A stretch of 64,000 bases of DNA from Owenia fusiformis (GCA_903813345.2 CAIIXF020000001.1:46686001-46750000); one strand, 5' to 3'; shown: positions 35,801-50,400, counted from the stretch's first letter. Program-made: numbers and translations. Notes: a model not told the origin generated them from the sequence alone.

Positions 35801-38800
35801 GAAAGATTTCACTGTTTAGTATTATATTTAGATTATATTTTCCCCATATTCACAAATTGAATATAGGCCCCAGTAAACACGGGGTGCGATCACAAGATCT
35901 TTTACTCTTAAACAACCCCCTTTTCCCCCATTTTACTACGTTCATTCATATGGCAAACTTACCAAGTTTTTAACTTATTCTCTAAAGTTAATGCTAACTT
36001 TAGATTCAAGTACAGATGTAAATTGCTTAAAGAATTAATCATGTTTGATTCAAAGTTTCATGTTTACAAAATTCAAGCAATAGAAAATTATGCAAACAAT
36101 CATAGAAAATTATGCAAATGAGTCATGTGATCATTGAAAAATTTATGTCAAACTCACTTCCACCAGCCAATGTCTTAAGACAGATCTTATGACCAGTTTA
36201 TATTAGAGTATATTAGGATTGCTCGATGCCTTATTTTAATCACAAGATATCACCTCCAATTAATCAAATGATATTGATATATTTTAGATATAACCGATAA
36301 TCATTTTTCTTCCACAGATCTTACCACTAAATTGTTAAGAACTTTTTTTCCTACTATATTCTATTATTATTCTGAAATGGATGCTTATTTACCATTAAAT
36401 GAAATTCAATCATATGACTGATTATAAAAGAAAAGGATGTGCCTGTGAGTTAAAAATAAACAAATACTTATGATCAAAATATAATGAGTTAATTTAATGT
36501 GGATGTTGTAATAAAGTCAAGACATGTTTTATTTCTTTGACATCAAAGACTATTAATTCATGAGAAAATTATGCCTCTTCATACATTTGTATTACATACA
36601 TAAGTGTTATTTCAATAATACGATTATACATGTAATCATTCTCAGTTCTGATGAGTTAAAAAGAAATCAGTTGAATCATTCCACTTTTTTTAACATCCTA
36701 TAAGACATATTACTTAATCAATGTAGTAATAGAAATTATAAGAAATATAATTAAATATAACTTTTATCAATTACACCCTTGGTATACGCAGCTAACGAAA
36801 ATTGACCGGCACGGGTCAAAAGCTGGACCGGTACGGGTTAGCGGTTTTATTTGAATTTAAAACAGCCATAACTTGCTCAATATTGACTTCCTCGTGTCTA
36901 ATTTGAAATATATGATGCCTCCCGATGCTTTTAAGTACCCCAATTTTTTACAGATTTTTAAACGGACCAAAACTCTCTAAATGCGCATTTATACTCTTTT
37001 CTCTCAAGAACGACTGTCTCATTTTCACGATAACTTTTATTTAGTTCTTCTAACATATAAGATCTATTTTCCCATCAAGGTATGATGTAAATGACATGCC
37101 ATTTACATCTTGAGTTTCAATGACACGCGTTTGATTTTATAAAAAATGCCAAACTTTGTGACAAAGAATTTCATCCTGCTTGCAGCGAGAAGACGGACCG
37201 GTATAAATATAACTTTACATTCAAAGTTTTGACAAATAATTTACATTCCTATTTCTGACTGAGTTACATTATGCCATTTTGAAATCTGTATAATGGAAAT
37301 ATTGTAGCATAGCCAGGAAGAGGCAGACAAGGCAAACTTCAGAGCTTTTTAACAGGTTTGGAAATATTTTTTGCATCATTGCTATTTTCTTCCTGGAAAC
37401 GCAACTGGTACGGATGTTATTGTAAAGCTCATATATGTTTTAAATGGACATTAACATACATAATAGCATCATAGATTACAAAGTTCATGAATCTAGAAGT
37501 AGATATTTTTTCAATAAAAATGAGCTAAGAGCTACTCCAAATACTGTAAAATTGAAAATTACTGTGATTTTGGTATACAAATTGGTACTCCATATTTTGC
37601 AAATAGTAACACCCCAGTCACATTTGTCGCACGGCGGCCGTAAGCTGACCGCAGATCAATTAAATCGGTGAATTTCTGCGGCGAGCGTAGGAAAACTATG
37701 GGCGCCTTGCAGTCTCCGTACGGCGTATGCAGATTTTTACAGGCCACAGGGAAGGCGTAGAAATTATAACTCGGAGTTATAATATTTTTCATTTCTGCGG
37801 TGCCCGTAGAAATCAACTGGCTCAACAAGATTGAATCATTATTTGTCTATGTTTCACGATCACTTTTCATTTGATATTACATCCTAGCACTATGAATAAC
37901 ATCTACAAATTGTCCTGATGTAAATAAAATGAAAAAAGTATTATTTATCAACAGAAATTGAAAATTCACCGTGCGGCTGCTGTGGGAAATGTGACTGCAA
38001 AAGTATGAGAGCGCAGAAATTCTATGGCGAGCGTAGAAAAGCTACTGGCTGCAGAAATGATAGACCGCATGGCGGCCGTGGGAAATGTGACTGGGGTGTA
38101 AGGCCCAAATATTATTTCCAACACATTTAAGGCCTTTTTGAGATGTCATGCTCTTATTTTAAAGTAAGTAGCTACATATAAATGGCCTCAACTCCCCCCC
38201 CCCACTAGGAATGAAAGTGCTTTTATTCTACTTCTTCATCTAGTTTGATCTTGCAGGGATATTTCTTGTATCAATGCAAAAACTTAAAAATTATGAACAA
38301 AACTACAGAAAAAATGTAGATATCAGCAATCAAACATTTATAAGAATAATTTCATTTTGACCATTCTAACAACAAAGAGAAAGCTGTTAACACCAATCTT
38401 TAATGGTCATCCTGGTCACAACAGGTTGTTATGAAAACAAAAGCATTGATTGCACTTATGATCATGTAGCTATTATCCAAACATATGTAGTCTTCTGAAT
38501 TCATTAAACGATTTAAATTTGAAATGTATAACAGAATTCCTCTAAACAGAATTTGTAAACCTAATCAAAAACATAACCTCATATTATATGATATTTCTAA
38601 TGATCAATTGAAAAAAGTAGCAAAGTTATTACTTTTACTATTTCATAAGATCTTATTATCACACTTTTGTTCAAGGGTCACATGACTCATTTGCATAATA
38701 TACAATGTTCATTTGCATAATATTCAATGTCTTGAATTTAGCCAAAAGTGTTCTGCTATCCAAGTATCACAACACTACAACTGAAATGATAAAATATCAA

Positions 38801-41800
38801 ATATAACTTCCTTAGATTATATATTTAGTTAAAGCAAAAATATAAAAATATATCATTCTCTTGATATTCACTAGCAGATATTGTTGTTTGCATGATTGAA
38901 ACAGATGTTTTAAACATTTAACCAATCTGTTGATTTGATTTTGGTTCTCAAATAGATATTTTCTTATCGATTTATAAGAGTTGCCTGAATTCCCAATATA
39001 CTTGTTTATATTTTAAAAGGGCAATAAGTACTTGGCTGTTCTTTCCTGTCACATTCATTCTAATTAATGATTTAAACTATATGAAAGGTGAAGTGAGTGT
39101 CAAAACACTAATTTCATGTCAAATAGATTTTATCTCGCACCATTCAATATCTTGATATGTCGAGAATTTAGTGACAACTCCATCGAAACAACATGGGCTA
39201 CTAACTGGGCATCATATGTAACACCCTTACCCCCCCCCCACCCCCCACTAAACCCAGTCATGTTTATGTCTTTCCAGTGATATTCCTTCCCACGTCAGTT
39301 AATAAACTTCAAATTAAACTGAGAATTCACTTTTCCAATTCTAGATTGAAATAAAAAAGATAAGTGAACAGTCAAAATAAAAGTATTAATTTGATAATTG
39401 ATGTGTAATATCTTCATATTGTTATTTTACATGTGTTGCTTAAAAATATACTGAATGATAAATGTTCTTTTAGATTAGGAATAGTATGATTTGTAGAATT
39501 GCTTCCGCTACATAATGCTGTATAGAGCAACCGTGGGCGTAGCCTGGGGAGATTGTTGAAAATTACTTTTGATCCCTTACCCCCTTTTCAGATCTCGCTT
39601 CACTCACAGAAATGCACCCCCCCCCCCTTTGAGCTTGCTGGCTATACCCCTGGCTACAATGATTTATTACATGTACCTATAATAACAATTGGAGACTAAA
39701 CTCTGCGAGGGTTGTTAAACCAACAAATTAGTATAATATGATAACAAAGGGCTAATTTCTTAATCTGTCAATTTCCTTGTTTTATTACTGTCTGATCAGA
39801 ACCACCTTGATTACTTTTTATGTCTAGCAATTATTATAGATTTGATGAACTATAATCTTTACTTCTTCAGTGTTTTAGAATATGCTTTTATTATAAGCTT
39901 AGTCCATTTATGTACCCATGTACATTATGGGCCTTACTAGAAGATTAAGGACTATTAAGAGAGATATTTTTAGGTTATTAGGTCACTATAGTGGTAATAT
40001 ATAATAGTTCGTTTTATACCTTGACCATTAATGTTAGCAGTTATATAAATTTAAAGAAGGATATGAGAATGAAAATTCTCTAGATCAGTGATTTATGAAA
40101 TCAAACAATAAATAGGAAGTGGTAATATCAATACATGTATTGATATTCCAGAGATTGACATGGGCATAGCCTGGGGAGTGCCCCCCCCCCCACCCCACAA
40201 AAAAGCAATTTTGTAAAATTTGTTGTAAAAACATTATCAAATTACATTTTGAAATGCTTAGATTGCACTATAGACAATATAGATTTTAAAAAATGTCCAG
40301 GGCTCTTAGTGTTGCAAACTCAAAGAATCACCCCCCCCCCCTTACAAGTGCTGGCTACACCCCTGGATTGATGCACTCTTTTAAATGAACTTTTTGATCA
40401 CAACAGATTGTATAATTATAAAAACAACAAAAATGTTGATTGCTTTGGTGATAATTTTCCAGCCGTTTGCTGTTTATTGTAATTCTTAAATCACTTTTAA
40501 GTTTGGAAATGGATATTAAAACTATTTTTCTAATTTCTCTTTTATCAAAAAACTGTAACATTAAATGTTTTAAATGAACAATTTCATTAAGAAAAGTTTT
40601 AAAAACATATTTCCAAAATAACATTTCAACAACTTCAAGGGTCACATGATTCATTTACATAATATACTATGCTCATTTGCATAATATTCAATGTCTTGAA
40701 TTCAGCAAAATTAAAACTTCTCTACTAATATGTGACTTTGGGCTTTCTGGAACCAAAGAGTCAATAAAATATATATATTATATACAGGTCCATCCCAAGA
40801 GATTGTGGTTTTTACCAACTTTTAAAATATAATCTTCTTTGAAAATGTAACTTCTAGGTCGGCAAGATTCCCCATAGATCCTATGTTACAAAATCACAAA
40901 AGTGAAATGTTGTTTTTTGTGTTGAGCAGAATATCCTATGATTTTGAGAAATATCATTTTTATCTACGAGGTGATATTGATATCTGAACGAGAGTGCAAA
41001 GCGAATGAGTGTATATATCAATATCACAGAGTAGATTAAAATGATATTCTGAAAAAATCATAGGATGTTCTTATTATCCTACACTTACAAGGAGTGTACT
41101 AAATGTATAATATCATTGCAAAATGAATTTTATGCCAAATAGAGTCAATTTGGTCGGAAATCAACAAGCGGAGTATATCGTCACAATATCCTCCGCATAT
41201 TGGGTTTTCCGGAGTATATCGTCATGATATCCTCCGCCCAGAGTATATCGTTACAATATCCTCCGGATATTCATTTTGCCAATAAATATCAAATTTATTT
41301 TTTAATGGTATTATACATTTAGTACACTAAGTGTGACATATTTTCATTTGTATAATCAGACACATAAGGATTATATGAAAATTTATCTCTTTAAACTTAA
41401 GTATATATACCTGCCATGTTAATTTACCCGAATCAGCCACCTAGTGGTGAAACTAGTAACTACCGACTAGCATCTGGGTAATAAGGATTTGATTGTATCC
41501 TGCCTTCAATGTGATATTTGGTCTGCATTAGCTATATTTCAGAACGTGTTAAAGATAAACACTGTACCTTCTTTAATACCAAATACATCCTTTTCTTGTT
41601 CAATTTCTATTTTTTCAATCTGATGACATATATGAACTACCTCCCCCCCAGAGTCATAAATTCTTTGGAAAAAGCATCCTTCTTCAAAGGACTTAATTTA
41701 TTTATGCTTAAATTATGGAAAGAAGTGAAACCCCTTGAACCAAGGATGAGGAAAAAGCAACTCTACAGAGTAATAAATCCCATCAAACAAAAGATAAATA

Positions 41801-43934
41801 GCAACCATCATGAAAATTCTTGTAGCTTCTTTGTCTCTCAGTATCAGCATATAAGATTAGAACCAAATCCATCATCTGATATTTGAGTCAAATATTATGC
41901 TTTTGCTTTTTTTACTTCTTTTTTCTACTTGTATATAACCTATCCACTGGTATTTGATTTATACATTTTTTTATGCTTTCATCCTGGCAATTTTTTCTCA
42001 AGCAGAGCTCCTTTGTCCCTAGGTATCAATAAAATAAAACTTGAACCGACAGATAGCTTCTCTAAATCCCCCTGGAACTTCGTTCGATGACATGATCATG
42101 CAGTATTCACCATCTTTAGCACTTTCAAAGTGAATTAGAGCCAAAATGGTCATATCTGAACACCCACCTTTTTTTTAAAGAACGAACCACATTTGGAAAA
42201 AAGTCCTGTCTGAATGAAACAGTTTCAGCAAGAATTTAACATATTCTTTACTGTTTCATATATGCTGGTTTTACTGTACCTTGAAATCATCATTGTTTTT
42301 CATTTTCAATGGGTTGCAGGTGAAATTCAAGGTGTTGAATTATGTTTTCAAGGCATTGTTTTAAAAATTCAAGGGATTTGAACTAACCAATGAAAAATTC
42401 ATGGCTTTTTTCATCTGTTGAAAAAAACAACCTTTGAAAAACCATTGAACAACCATAGTACAATCATTGATGTCCCAAATTCAAGGTTGAACATTTTTAA
42501 CAGGGTGTGTAGAATAATGTGCTTCTCGGCTCAGGAAGCTTTGAAGTTCAAAATATTATGACATCATCTTTGTTCTTTGACATTTTATTTGCTGTATTTA
42601 TTCTATTGTACTAGTTCATTGCAATACTGATCATTGCATGTTGTATTTGAAAATTTATCCTCTTAGAAGGGCACTTCATATAAGGGCTGTCATACCCAAT
42701 TACCAAACAGGTTATTTATGAAACCTTTTACTAGATAATATTGCGAGATGTAAAAACAAAAAATATATTTAAAGAGCCCCAAACGTGCTTAGCTCGATAG
42801 ACTGAAACAAGTTTGACACCTTGAAGGAACTGAGCATATCTTCATTCATTATTTCAGCTCATGCACTCCCAATGTTCAGGACAGACAGAGAGAAGAGTAC
42901 CTGGAAACAAGATCTGAAGGCGCGTATGGACCCCACAAAATCTAAGAGACCAGATTTACCTGTCTCTGGGCCAGGTCAGTGTCATTTATTTTGAATAAAC
43001 AGTTTTGCAACACTCCTCAGTATTTATGTTACTTCCATGACTTTTTTAACATTTATTTTCCACCAGTTTTTTACATCATCATCCGTTTTTTACAGGACAA
43101 GGTGGAAGAATTGCTGCAAAAGGTGGTACATTATCTCAGTACATCGCACAATCAATCGCAAAAAGTGTTCCTGATGATAGAGACAAAGATCCCCGGGCAG
43201 CCATCTTGAGACATGCAGAGGCTGCAGAGAGTGACCCCTATTGGATAACACCAGCTTATAAAAAGTCAGTAGATTTAAAGAATTACTATCCTTATAAGTT
43301 TCACAAAAAAGTTTGCTTTGCAAAGTTAAAATACATGTACATTGGACTTTGGCCATTTTGAATTGAGCAGATATTTTGAATGAAGGCTTGATTTCAAAAA
43401 AGCATATCAGGTATAATTTCTACATGTATAAAGTATAATATTGAAAATCAGTATAAATCCACCAAATTATAGTTTAAGTTAAAGTAAAAATGTCAGATTT
43501 TAACAAAAATGTCATTTTGAACATTTCCTCTTGAACAGAAATTGTCAACTTTGTACATCAGTATTATTTTTTTTAAATTTAAATATGACTCAAGTCTCTG
43601 AAAGGGCATTCAAGTCATCAAACAATGGCATTTTGAATTTAGCAGCCACATCGACTAATCATTCACAAGGATTGTAACCTCAAAGAGTCTGAACATAATC
43701 TGACAACTGGTATGTGAGTTATTGCCACATGAATGGACAAAAAGACTTTTATATATGCCTACAAAACTGTTTTCAATATGATTATAATAACTACCCGCCT
43801 GACTTATGACTTATAATATCATTCATTTATCAAAATATTTTTTCAGGGACCAACCATACGCAACATTTCAGAAGGAAGAGGAAGAAGAAGAGGAAAATGA
43901 TGGCCCACTTTGGAAGAAACCTAAACTTAAATAA
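26860..43934 (+). CDS. WDR70: WD repeat-containing protein 70, 14 coding exons
   Basis: Exons: 26860-26878, 27772-27831, 28181-28372, 28874-29031, 29508-29701, 30000-30153, 30678-30754, 31017-31184, 32584-32771, 33213-33351, 33914-34094, 42858-42974, 43096-43264, 43847-43934. Motifs MGFGSFG, GKKAKQFDFMAMFEQTR, IGPP repeats, IPSSHEIELRHGSKTVSALTLDPSGARLVTGGYDYDMKFWDFAGMD, KGDQY, TKGH, RGGDDTVKLWDIR, WHPKLNQI, PHALPMFR, DPRAAILRHA. Confidence 0.95.
31505..32488. repeat. Longer copy of the hairpin-rich dispersed repeat (see 10201-10695), in a WDR70 intron
   Basis: Identity with 10201-10695 from ~31996; additional upstream hairpins such as GCGGGCAGATATACTATATCTGCCCGC. Left boundary approximate. 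Confidence 0.7.
33424..33777. mobile_element. MITE (hAT-like termini)
   Basis: TIRs CAGGGTTCTCACTAGG / CCTGGTGAGAACCCTG; ATATG is present on both flanks. Confidence 0.65.
35632..35698 (-). pseudogene. tRNA-like fragment (tRNA pseudogene or SINE head; TGT in the anticodon position)
   Basis: Minus strand CAGTTGGCTCAGAGCA-CCTGA-CATGTAA-TCAGG-AGGTTGTGGGTTCGATTCCCAC has an anticodon stem-loop and a B-box/T-arm; no complete acceptor stem. Confidence 0.65.
37610..38098. mobile_element. PIF/Harbinger-type MITE nested in the EnSpm-like element
   Basis: TIRs CACCCCAGTCACATTT / AAATGTGACTGGGGTG with TAA target duplication. Confidence 0.8.
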
Positions 43935-44547
43935 TATCATAGTTAAAAAATATCATGAATATAGTTATTTTAAATAGTACTATTGACCAATTTAGTATGG
44001 ACAATATCACATTTCAATTACATGTACTAGTAAACCTAGTACATGTATGTAATTTTCTGAGACTATAGTAAGTAAATGTGCTATCTGACAATTCAAGGGA
44101 CTCGCCTATAGAGATAAAGATAATTCCTTGAGACTTTTATTTTGATACTACATAAAGATGCACTGTATGAGAAACTGTCTACAGTATTCACAATTTTTTA
44201 AAAAAATAAAAAAACATAAATGAAATGTCAAGCTTTTAATCTTATTGGGGCAGTGAAGATAATGGTGGATTAACCGGACACATAGTGCTAACTATTGCGG
44301 CTGAAGAGCATAACACCCAGAATGATGTATCACTGGCAAAAAATCAAAGAGATTGGTTTATAAAAACATCTGTGTAAAAAACGTCCATTACTTATTGATC
44401 ACCCCTCCTATTTAGAAACCATGTTATTTAGCCAGCATGCCTGGAATCTAATAGATTTTGCTATAGCCTGTTACTTGCATCTGTTGAAGTTGAAGAAATA
44501 AGTAATTTTCCTGGAATTTTGGTACTTTTTAATATTTAAATTCATTC

Positions 44548-44735
44548 ATTACCTTTTCATTGCTTGGAAAACAGAACTATCCTTCAATGCTTGGAAAACA
44601 GAACTACCCCTTCTTTGCTTGGAAAACAGAACTTCCCTTTCATTGCTTGGAAAACAGAACTACCCTCTAGTTTCTAGTTGTTTGGAAACAGAACTACCCT
44701 TTCACTGCTTGAAAATAAACAAAACTACCCTTTTC
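44548..44735. repeat. ~29 bp minisatellite
   Basis: About 6 units of TGCTTGGAAAACAGAACTACCCTTTTCAT. Confidence 0.85.
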
Positions 44736-46395
44736 ATTTTTCAGTACATATATCATATTCGTAAATGTAACAACAGCTATATGCACGATTTTTATCTCAT
44801 CAAAGCCCATAATTGTTTTCAACATCACAATACAGTGAAAAGGGCAAGTTCTTACTCAGCTGTGTTCAAACTAAAATAATTTCAATTCTTGTTTTCATTA
44901 GAATTTATTCATACTTTGATACATTATATACAGATAGAGAAAAATATTGCATGAACACACAGTCACCAGGCCCTACATATATTCTTTCATGTAATTCATA
45001 ATGCAAACAATTTTCTACAATATGTACATGGATATGTAATATGCTCTGGTATATTGACCATTAAAGTTACTGTTTTAAGAGATCATTCGGGTAGCAACAT
45101 AATAAAAATTAAATAATGTTTACATAGTTTATCAACAGTATTCATACTTAGAAGGTTTTCACTTTTCAACTAAAAATGTATGGTAATTGGTATTTTTATT
45201 ATTTAAAGGAAAGATGAGTGGAGACTAGTTTAGGCTCAGTTTATTTCAACATTTTACACTCTCTATCCTTTCTATTTCTTTATAATTTACCAGTTTATAT
45301 ACAAAAAACTAATATCATAATATTAAAAAACTATTGTTCAACACAATGGTCCATACCTGCCAACCTATCACAAAAATAATTTTTATACAAAATACACAGG
45401 GTCTGAGTATTAGAGAAAGAACAAAAACCATGACATCTAAGAACAAGAAAAAGTAAAACTCAGTATAAAGAGGTTTATAATTTTAGTAACCCAGGGCAAA
45501 ACCAGATTTTTAAAACTTAGGCCTAGAAGACAGTTGATTAAAAATCATGAGAAGTTAGAAGTTTACATTTAGTATGAGAAACAGGAGCGTTTTTAATGTT
45601 AAGCAATAATAAACAACAACAAAATGGAAAATTGGAAAGGATCAAATCAACAGGAGATTGTGATAAGAGAGGGCAGGTTTGCTATTAGGATTAGGATAGA
45701 CAATATCTGACTCGTTATTGATTTGTCAAGACTGACACATGTTATGAGATAAAAATTCAAAATAATATTTAAAAGGTCATTTGTATCATAACTAAGCCAT
45801 AATTATAGTGATTTTACATCAATATCAAATTGGTCATTTAGATGCCAAACAGGCCTTACAGTTGTTTCATACATGTCAAATGCTGACAACAATCGGTCAC
45901 AAAAAGTGGCTTTAACAAGATGTCACAACTTGGTGGGAGTAAACATTTTTAACAATTATACATAAAATATTTTCTAAAAGTTTTCCATGCTATTTCAGAA
46001 TTCCTCATTTCACATTTCCAGCTAGAAATAGTAAAGACATGAGACTTGTTTTAAATGTTATTGCCATCAACCGCGGGTGATAATTCACCTAATTGAGTTT
46101 ATTACACTAATTCAACTAACTTCAAGTCTTGATTTCAATAAACCAAAAGTATTATGCTGAGCCAGAAGCAGGATTAGGATAAAAAAAACAACAACAGGTA
46201 AGTTTGACTGTACAGTAGAATGTTCAAACTTTGGTTAATGGTTATACTGACTCTGGAATGCTTGTGTTTAAACCCCAATGTCCAACCATATTCCACTTAA
46301 TCCATCTCTAAGTAGGCTTACATGGAATATCTAATCACCATTATTATGTACTTATATACATTTTTTCACAATTAATTTTTAAGGTATGTCAAGTA

Positions 46396-46863
46396 CCGGA
46401 TTTTCTCGCATATACGCCCCCCTAAATTTAGGCCCATGGGCCAAAAATCGAATGTAGTATGCTTATACGCCCATGGGCCTATAAAAATGACTATTTATTG
46501 ATTTTTTCAATAAATTCAAGAGTATTTTGTCACTGGCAGATCGTTCTGTCGTTACTTTGTTTCAACATTAAGTTCAACGCTGTGCCGTAAGTGGCAGTGG
46601 TGGATCGTTCTGTTGTTACTTTGTTTCAACATTAAGTCTAAGGTTGTAGGTGACATTTCCTTTATAATTCTTACAAAACATGCGGTAGGACTACAACAGT
46701 AGGTGCGGTAGTCATCAGCTCTTCTCACCTTTACGCCCACTGGGCCAAAAATCGAAAGTAGTTCACTTATACGCCCATGGGCGAAAAATAAGAGGTAAAA
46801 TAACAGACAAAATTACCCCTTCTTTCAGTTATACGCCCAGGGCTTATATGCGAGAAAATCCGG
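46396..46863. mobile_element. Tc1/mariner-type MITE
   Basis: TA|CCGGATTTTCTCGCATATA ... TATATGCGAGAAAATCCGG|TA; internal TATACGCCC repeats. Confidence 0.8.
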
Positions 46864-47423
46864 TATTATAAGTAACTTGAAGTGCATTCCCATTTTGCAT
46901 TCTAACCTCTAAACCTTCATATCATAATTCCCTCCTTGTAACCATGGATACCATGGCACCATGCTTAGGGAAGGGAATTGCACCCAAAGTTATTCAATTT
47001 TTAACTTGATGAGAATGTCCAGAGGTTAAATGTACTGTGGTCCAAAATAGTCCCAGACTGACCCACCTTAATGTTTCATTCAATACTATGACAACCAAAG
47101 AGTGGTGAGGTTTTTTTTTATAAATTTCAGATCAACTGATCAAAACTGAATAACAGACCAGCTGTCATGCTATCATCATTATATACATGATGAAAATATC
47201 AACTGGCTTGGTGTAAACATCACTGAACCCCAAAGGTGTCGAACAGACATTGGGGTAACTCATCTTTAAATTATTAATCAGTTGTCAAGGTAATTTACTT
47301 TACATACTGATATAATCAGGCTGTCCTAATAGTAAATTTACTGGACATTGACTCAGTTGTGGACCATATGTCATGTTATTTTGCTTTATGTGATGCAACA
47401 GTCAGATAAATGTACAGTAAACT

Positions 47424-50400
47424 TCACTGGACATCTTCAGATGCGTCTTTCACATGCATGTCCTCATCAGTTCCTAAAGATGATTCCATCATAGATGAAG
47501 ATGACGGAGATGAGGCTGGTGACCTCTTAACATTATTCAGTCCTAGGAGAGTGTCATAATATTCTGCTTTGCGCTTCAATTGCTGCTTCTTTTTCTGAGC
47601 TTCCTCCATCTTCCGTTGAAGTGCTGTAAACAATGGACCAGAATATAAATAGTGACATAAATGAACAAGAAAGTAAGGACATTGACAGGAAAAAGTGACA
47701 TATATGAATCAGATTTATGTGTCATAAATGACCAAAATATAAGTGACATAGATGAACCAAAATATAAGTAACATAAATGCGCCACAATATAAATCACATT
47801 AATCAATGGTTCTTACACAAACATAAGTTCCCCTCAAGGTATTCTCACCTCGGTGCAAAATTCTAATTTAACATCTGGTAGACTCCCCTATGATATACTT
47901 CCACCCCAAAGACCTCTGGTGGACCCCCCTCCCCCTACAATGTACTTACTTTCCATTTCTTCATCTATTTCAATTTCTTCTTGATCAGTGAGGGCTCGTG
48001 AATAATTCAGACTTGCAGTAATTCTATCCATCAGACCAAGTTCTGTAATTACCCGTGTTAATCGCATAGCTTCTACAAGTAAATACATCAAATGGATTGA
48101 GGCATGTATGGTAAACAGTCATTAGGTACAAGTAATATGATCATACACACTGCAATGGATAAGAGGGGGAGAAACCCTAGGGTTCAAAGATGACATACAC
48201 TTATAATGTAAATCTGTATTGAGATGACATCATCGCTGATTGGTTTAGCGAGTTGATCGTTGATTGATTTAAAACTCTAGGTCAATTTGAAAACTTTGAA
48301 AACCAAGATGGAGGGTACGTTTTCGACAAAAGGAGGTGCGCAAAGGAGGAAATTGTATGTCATCAATTGAATCATGGGGTTTTCCCTCCTCTTGCAATGG
48401 ATGTAGAAATTATCCAAGTCTATGAAAATAGCTTTTAACCACCTACCAACCACAGACTATTCAATGGTATGTTTCTAAGCTTAAGCTCACATTGGTCCAA
48501 TTTATTGTTGAATTTTTGGTGGTTGCTATGGTAATTAAACTAGTATAAAGTAATATCTTGAAACCTATCAAAAGAGTTTAGGGGTGTTCATCTTGCAGAG
48601 ATGTTCAAGTTGAGAGGTTTTAATGTATTATAGTAAAATAGTATATCGTATCAATAAAGTAAAATATTTTACCATTTTGAGCTATATTGCCTTGGAGGAG
48701 TTGTATCTTGAAAGTTTCTATTGCTGTGTGAATTTCGTTGAACGTCTCATTTAGCTGTCCCACGTCACGAATGCCTCGCCAAAATTTTTGATTTTCTAAA
48801 AATAGAGATACTTAGAGGTTATGTCACTATGATGTGAAATATGCCTGAGTTAGAACTCCCAATATAGGCCGACCTTGTGAGGCTCTATATTTGGGCAAGA
48901 ATGATGGCATATTTCACGTCATATTGACATAACTGATGTATTACATACCTTCATTCCCATGGTTACTTTGTATCAATGACATCACAAATCTGTTTGCGAG
49001 TAGAATTTGATTGGAATGGAACATGGCGTCATGATGATATTGACATGGTTATTAAATAATCTAATATCAAAGCGAGTATAGGGGCTATATAGAGGTAATC
49101 TGGTAATATCGGTGGATATCCCGCTAACTTTCCCATTGACTTCCATATGTATGTAATACTCAATGATACGGACATAATTGTTGTATTGCATACCTTAATT
49201 TCGATGGCTACGTTATATCAATGATGTCACACATCTGTATGCGAGTGAAATTTGGAAGAAATGAAACATGACGTCATTAGATTGTCATGGTAAAAGGTTT
49301 GGCGGCTATACTTAGAGGTTATGTCACTATGACGTGAAATATGCCTGAGTTCTCCCAATATAGGCCGACCTTGGGAGGCTCTATATTTGGGCAAGAACGA
49401 AGGCATATTTCACGTCATAGTGACATAACTGATGTATTACATGCCTTTGTTCCCATGGTTACTTTGCATCAATGATGTGACGTCATGATATTATCATGGT
49501 TATTAAAGAAATCTAATATCAAAACGAGGTAAGCGGGCTATATCGGGGTAATCGGGCAATATCGGTGGATATAGCTCGCTAACTTTCCCATTGACTTCCA
49601 TACAAATGCTTCGCTAGGTATGTAATACAGGAATATATAGCTGACCTTCAGCTCCATTGACTTCAATACAAATGCTTCGCTGGGTATGTAATACATACAA
49701 TTAATGTACAGTATATCTAGTAATTTGCAGATATGTAATTAAAATTTATCCTCTGGATACCAAATATATATGGGATAACAAAACAAGATAAATTTGGTAT
49801 GTGTTACTTCAATCATATCTGACTGATATGACTGTTGCTAGATATCCAATTGTTTCAGACAGATACTATTTTTTCATTAGTTTTAATTCAACCACCTAAA
49901 ATGGTTTGACAAAGTTAACATTTTTTTGAATTACTATAAGTTTTAATTGAGCTATTTTTAGAATTCATAGGATAAATATGATATTTTTATCTTATGACTA
50001 GTAAGGTTTCATCTAATAACAGCCCATTAAATTGCCCATCAATAAATAATTACTATATGAATATCCTATGGTTTTGAAAAAATATCATTTATATCTTCAC
50101 GAGTGAGATATTGATATCCATGAGTGGATATAAATGATATGTTTGAAAAATCATAGGATTGTCCATTCATCCCATGAGAAATCATCATCAGCGAAAAATT
50201 TAAAAAAAAATCAAAACCATCGAATATCACTTTTGAAACCATTGAATATCACTTTTTAAAAAGTGAGTGATATTCGATCTCTGTTCTTCTAACCATGGGA
50301 TAAAATCATATACCTTTCAAAATGTCCTGTTTGTCATCCAAGCCATTCTCGCTATCAGAGTGGTCTTCGGTGGGAGCAGCACCATCTATTGGTTCCTGCT

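Larger units (their letters stand above)
34236..42505. mobile_element. ~8.3 kb non-autonomous EnSpm/CMC-like DNA transposon in WDR70 intron 11
   Basis: Perfect 36 bp TIRs CCCTGTTAAAAATGTTCAACCTTGAATTTGGGACAT, a 2-bp TG duplication, TTGAA/TTCAA-rich subterminal arrays at both ends, and no long ORF. Confidence 0.8.

Noticed and set aside
41500..42170. Possible decayed coding fragment on the minus strand inside the EnSpm-like element
   Set aside because: Short open stretches with stops and no recognisable transposase motif; a translated homology search would be needed.
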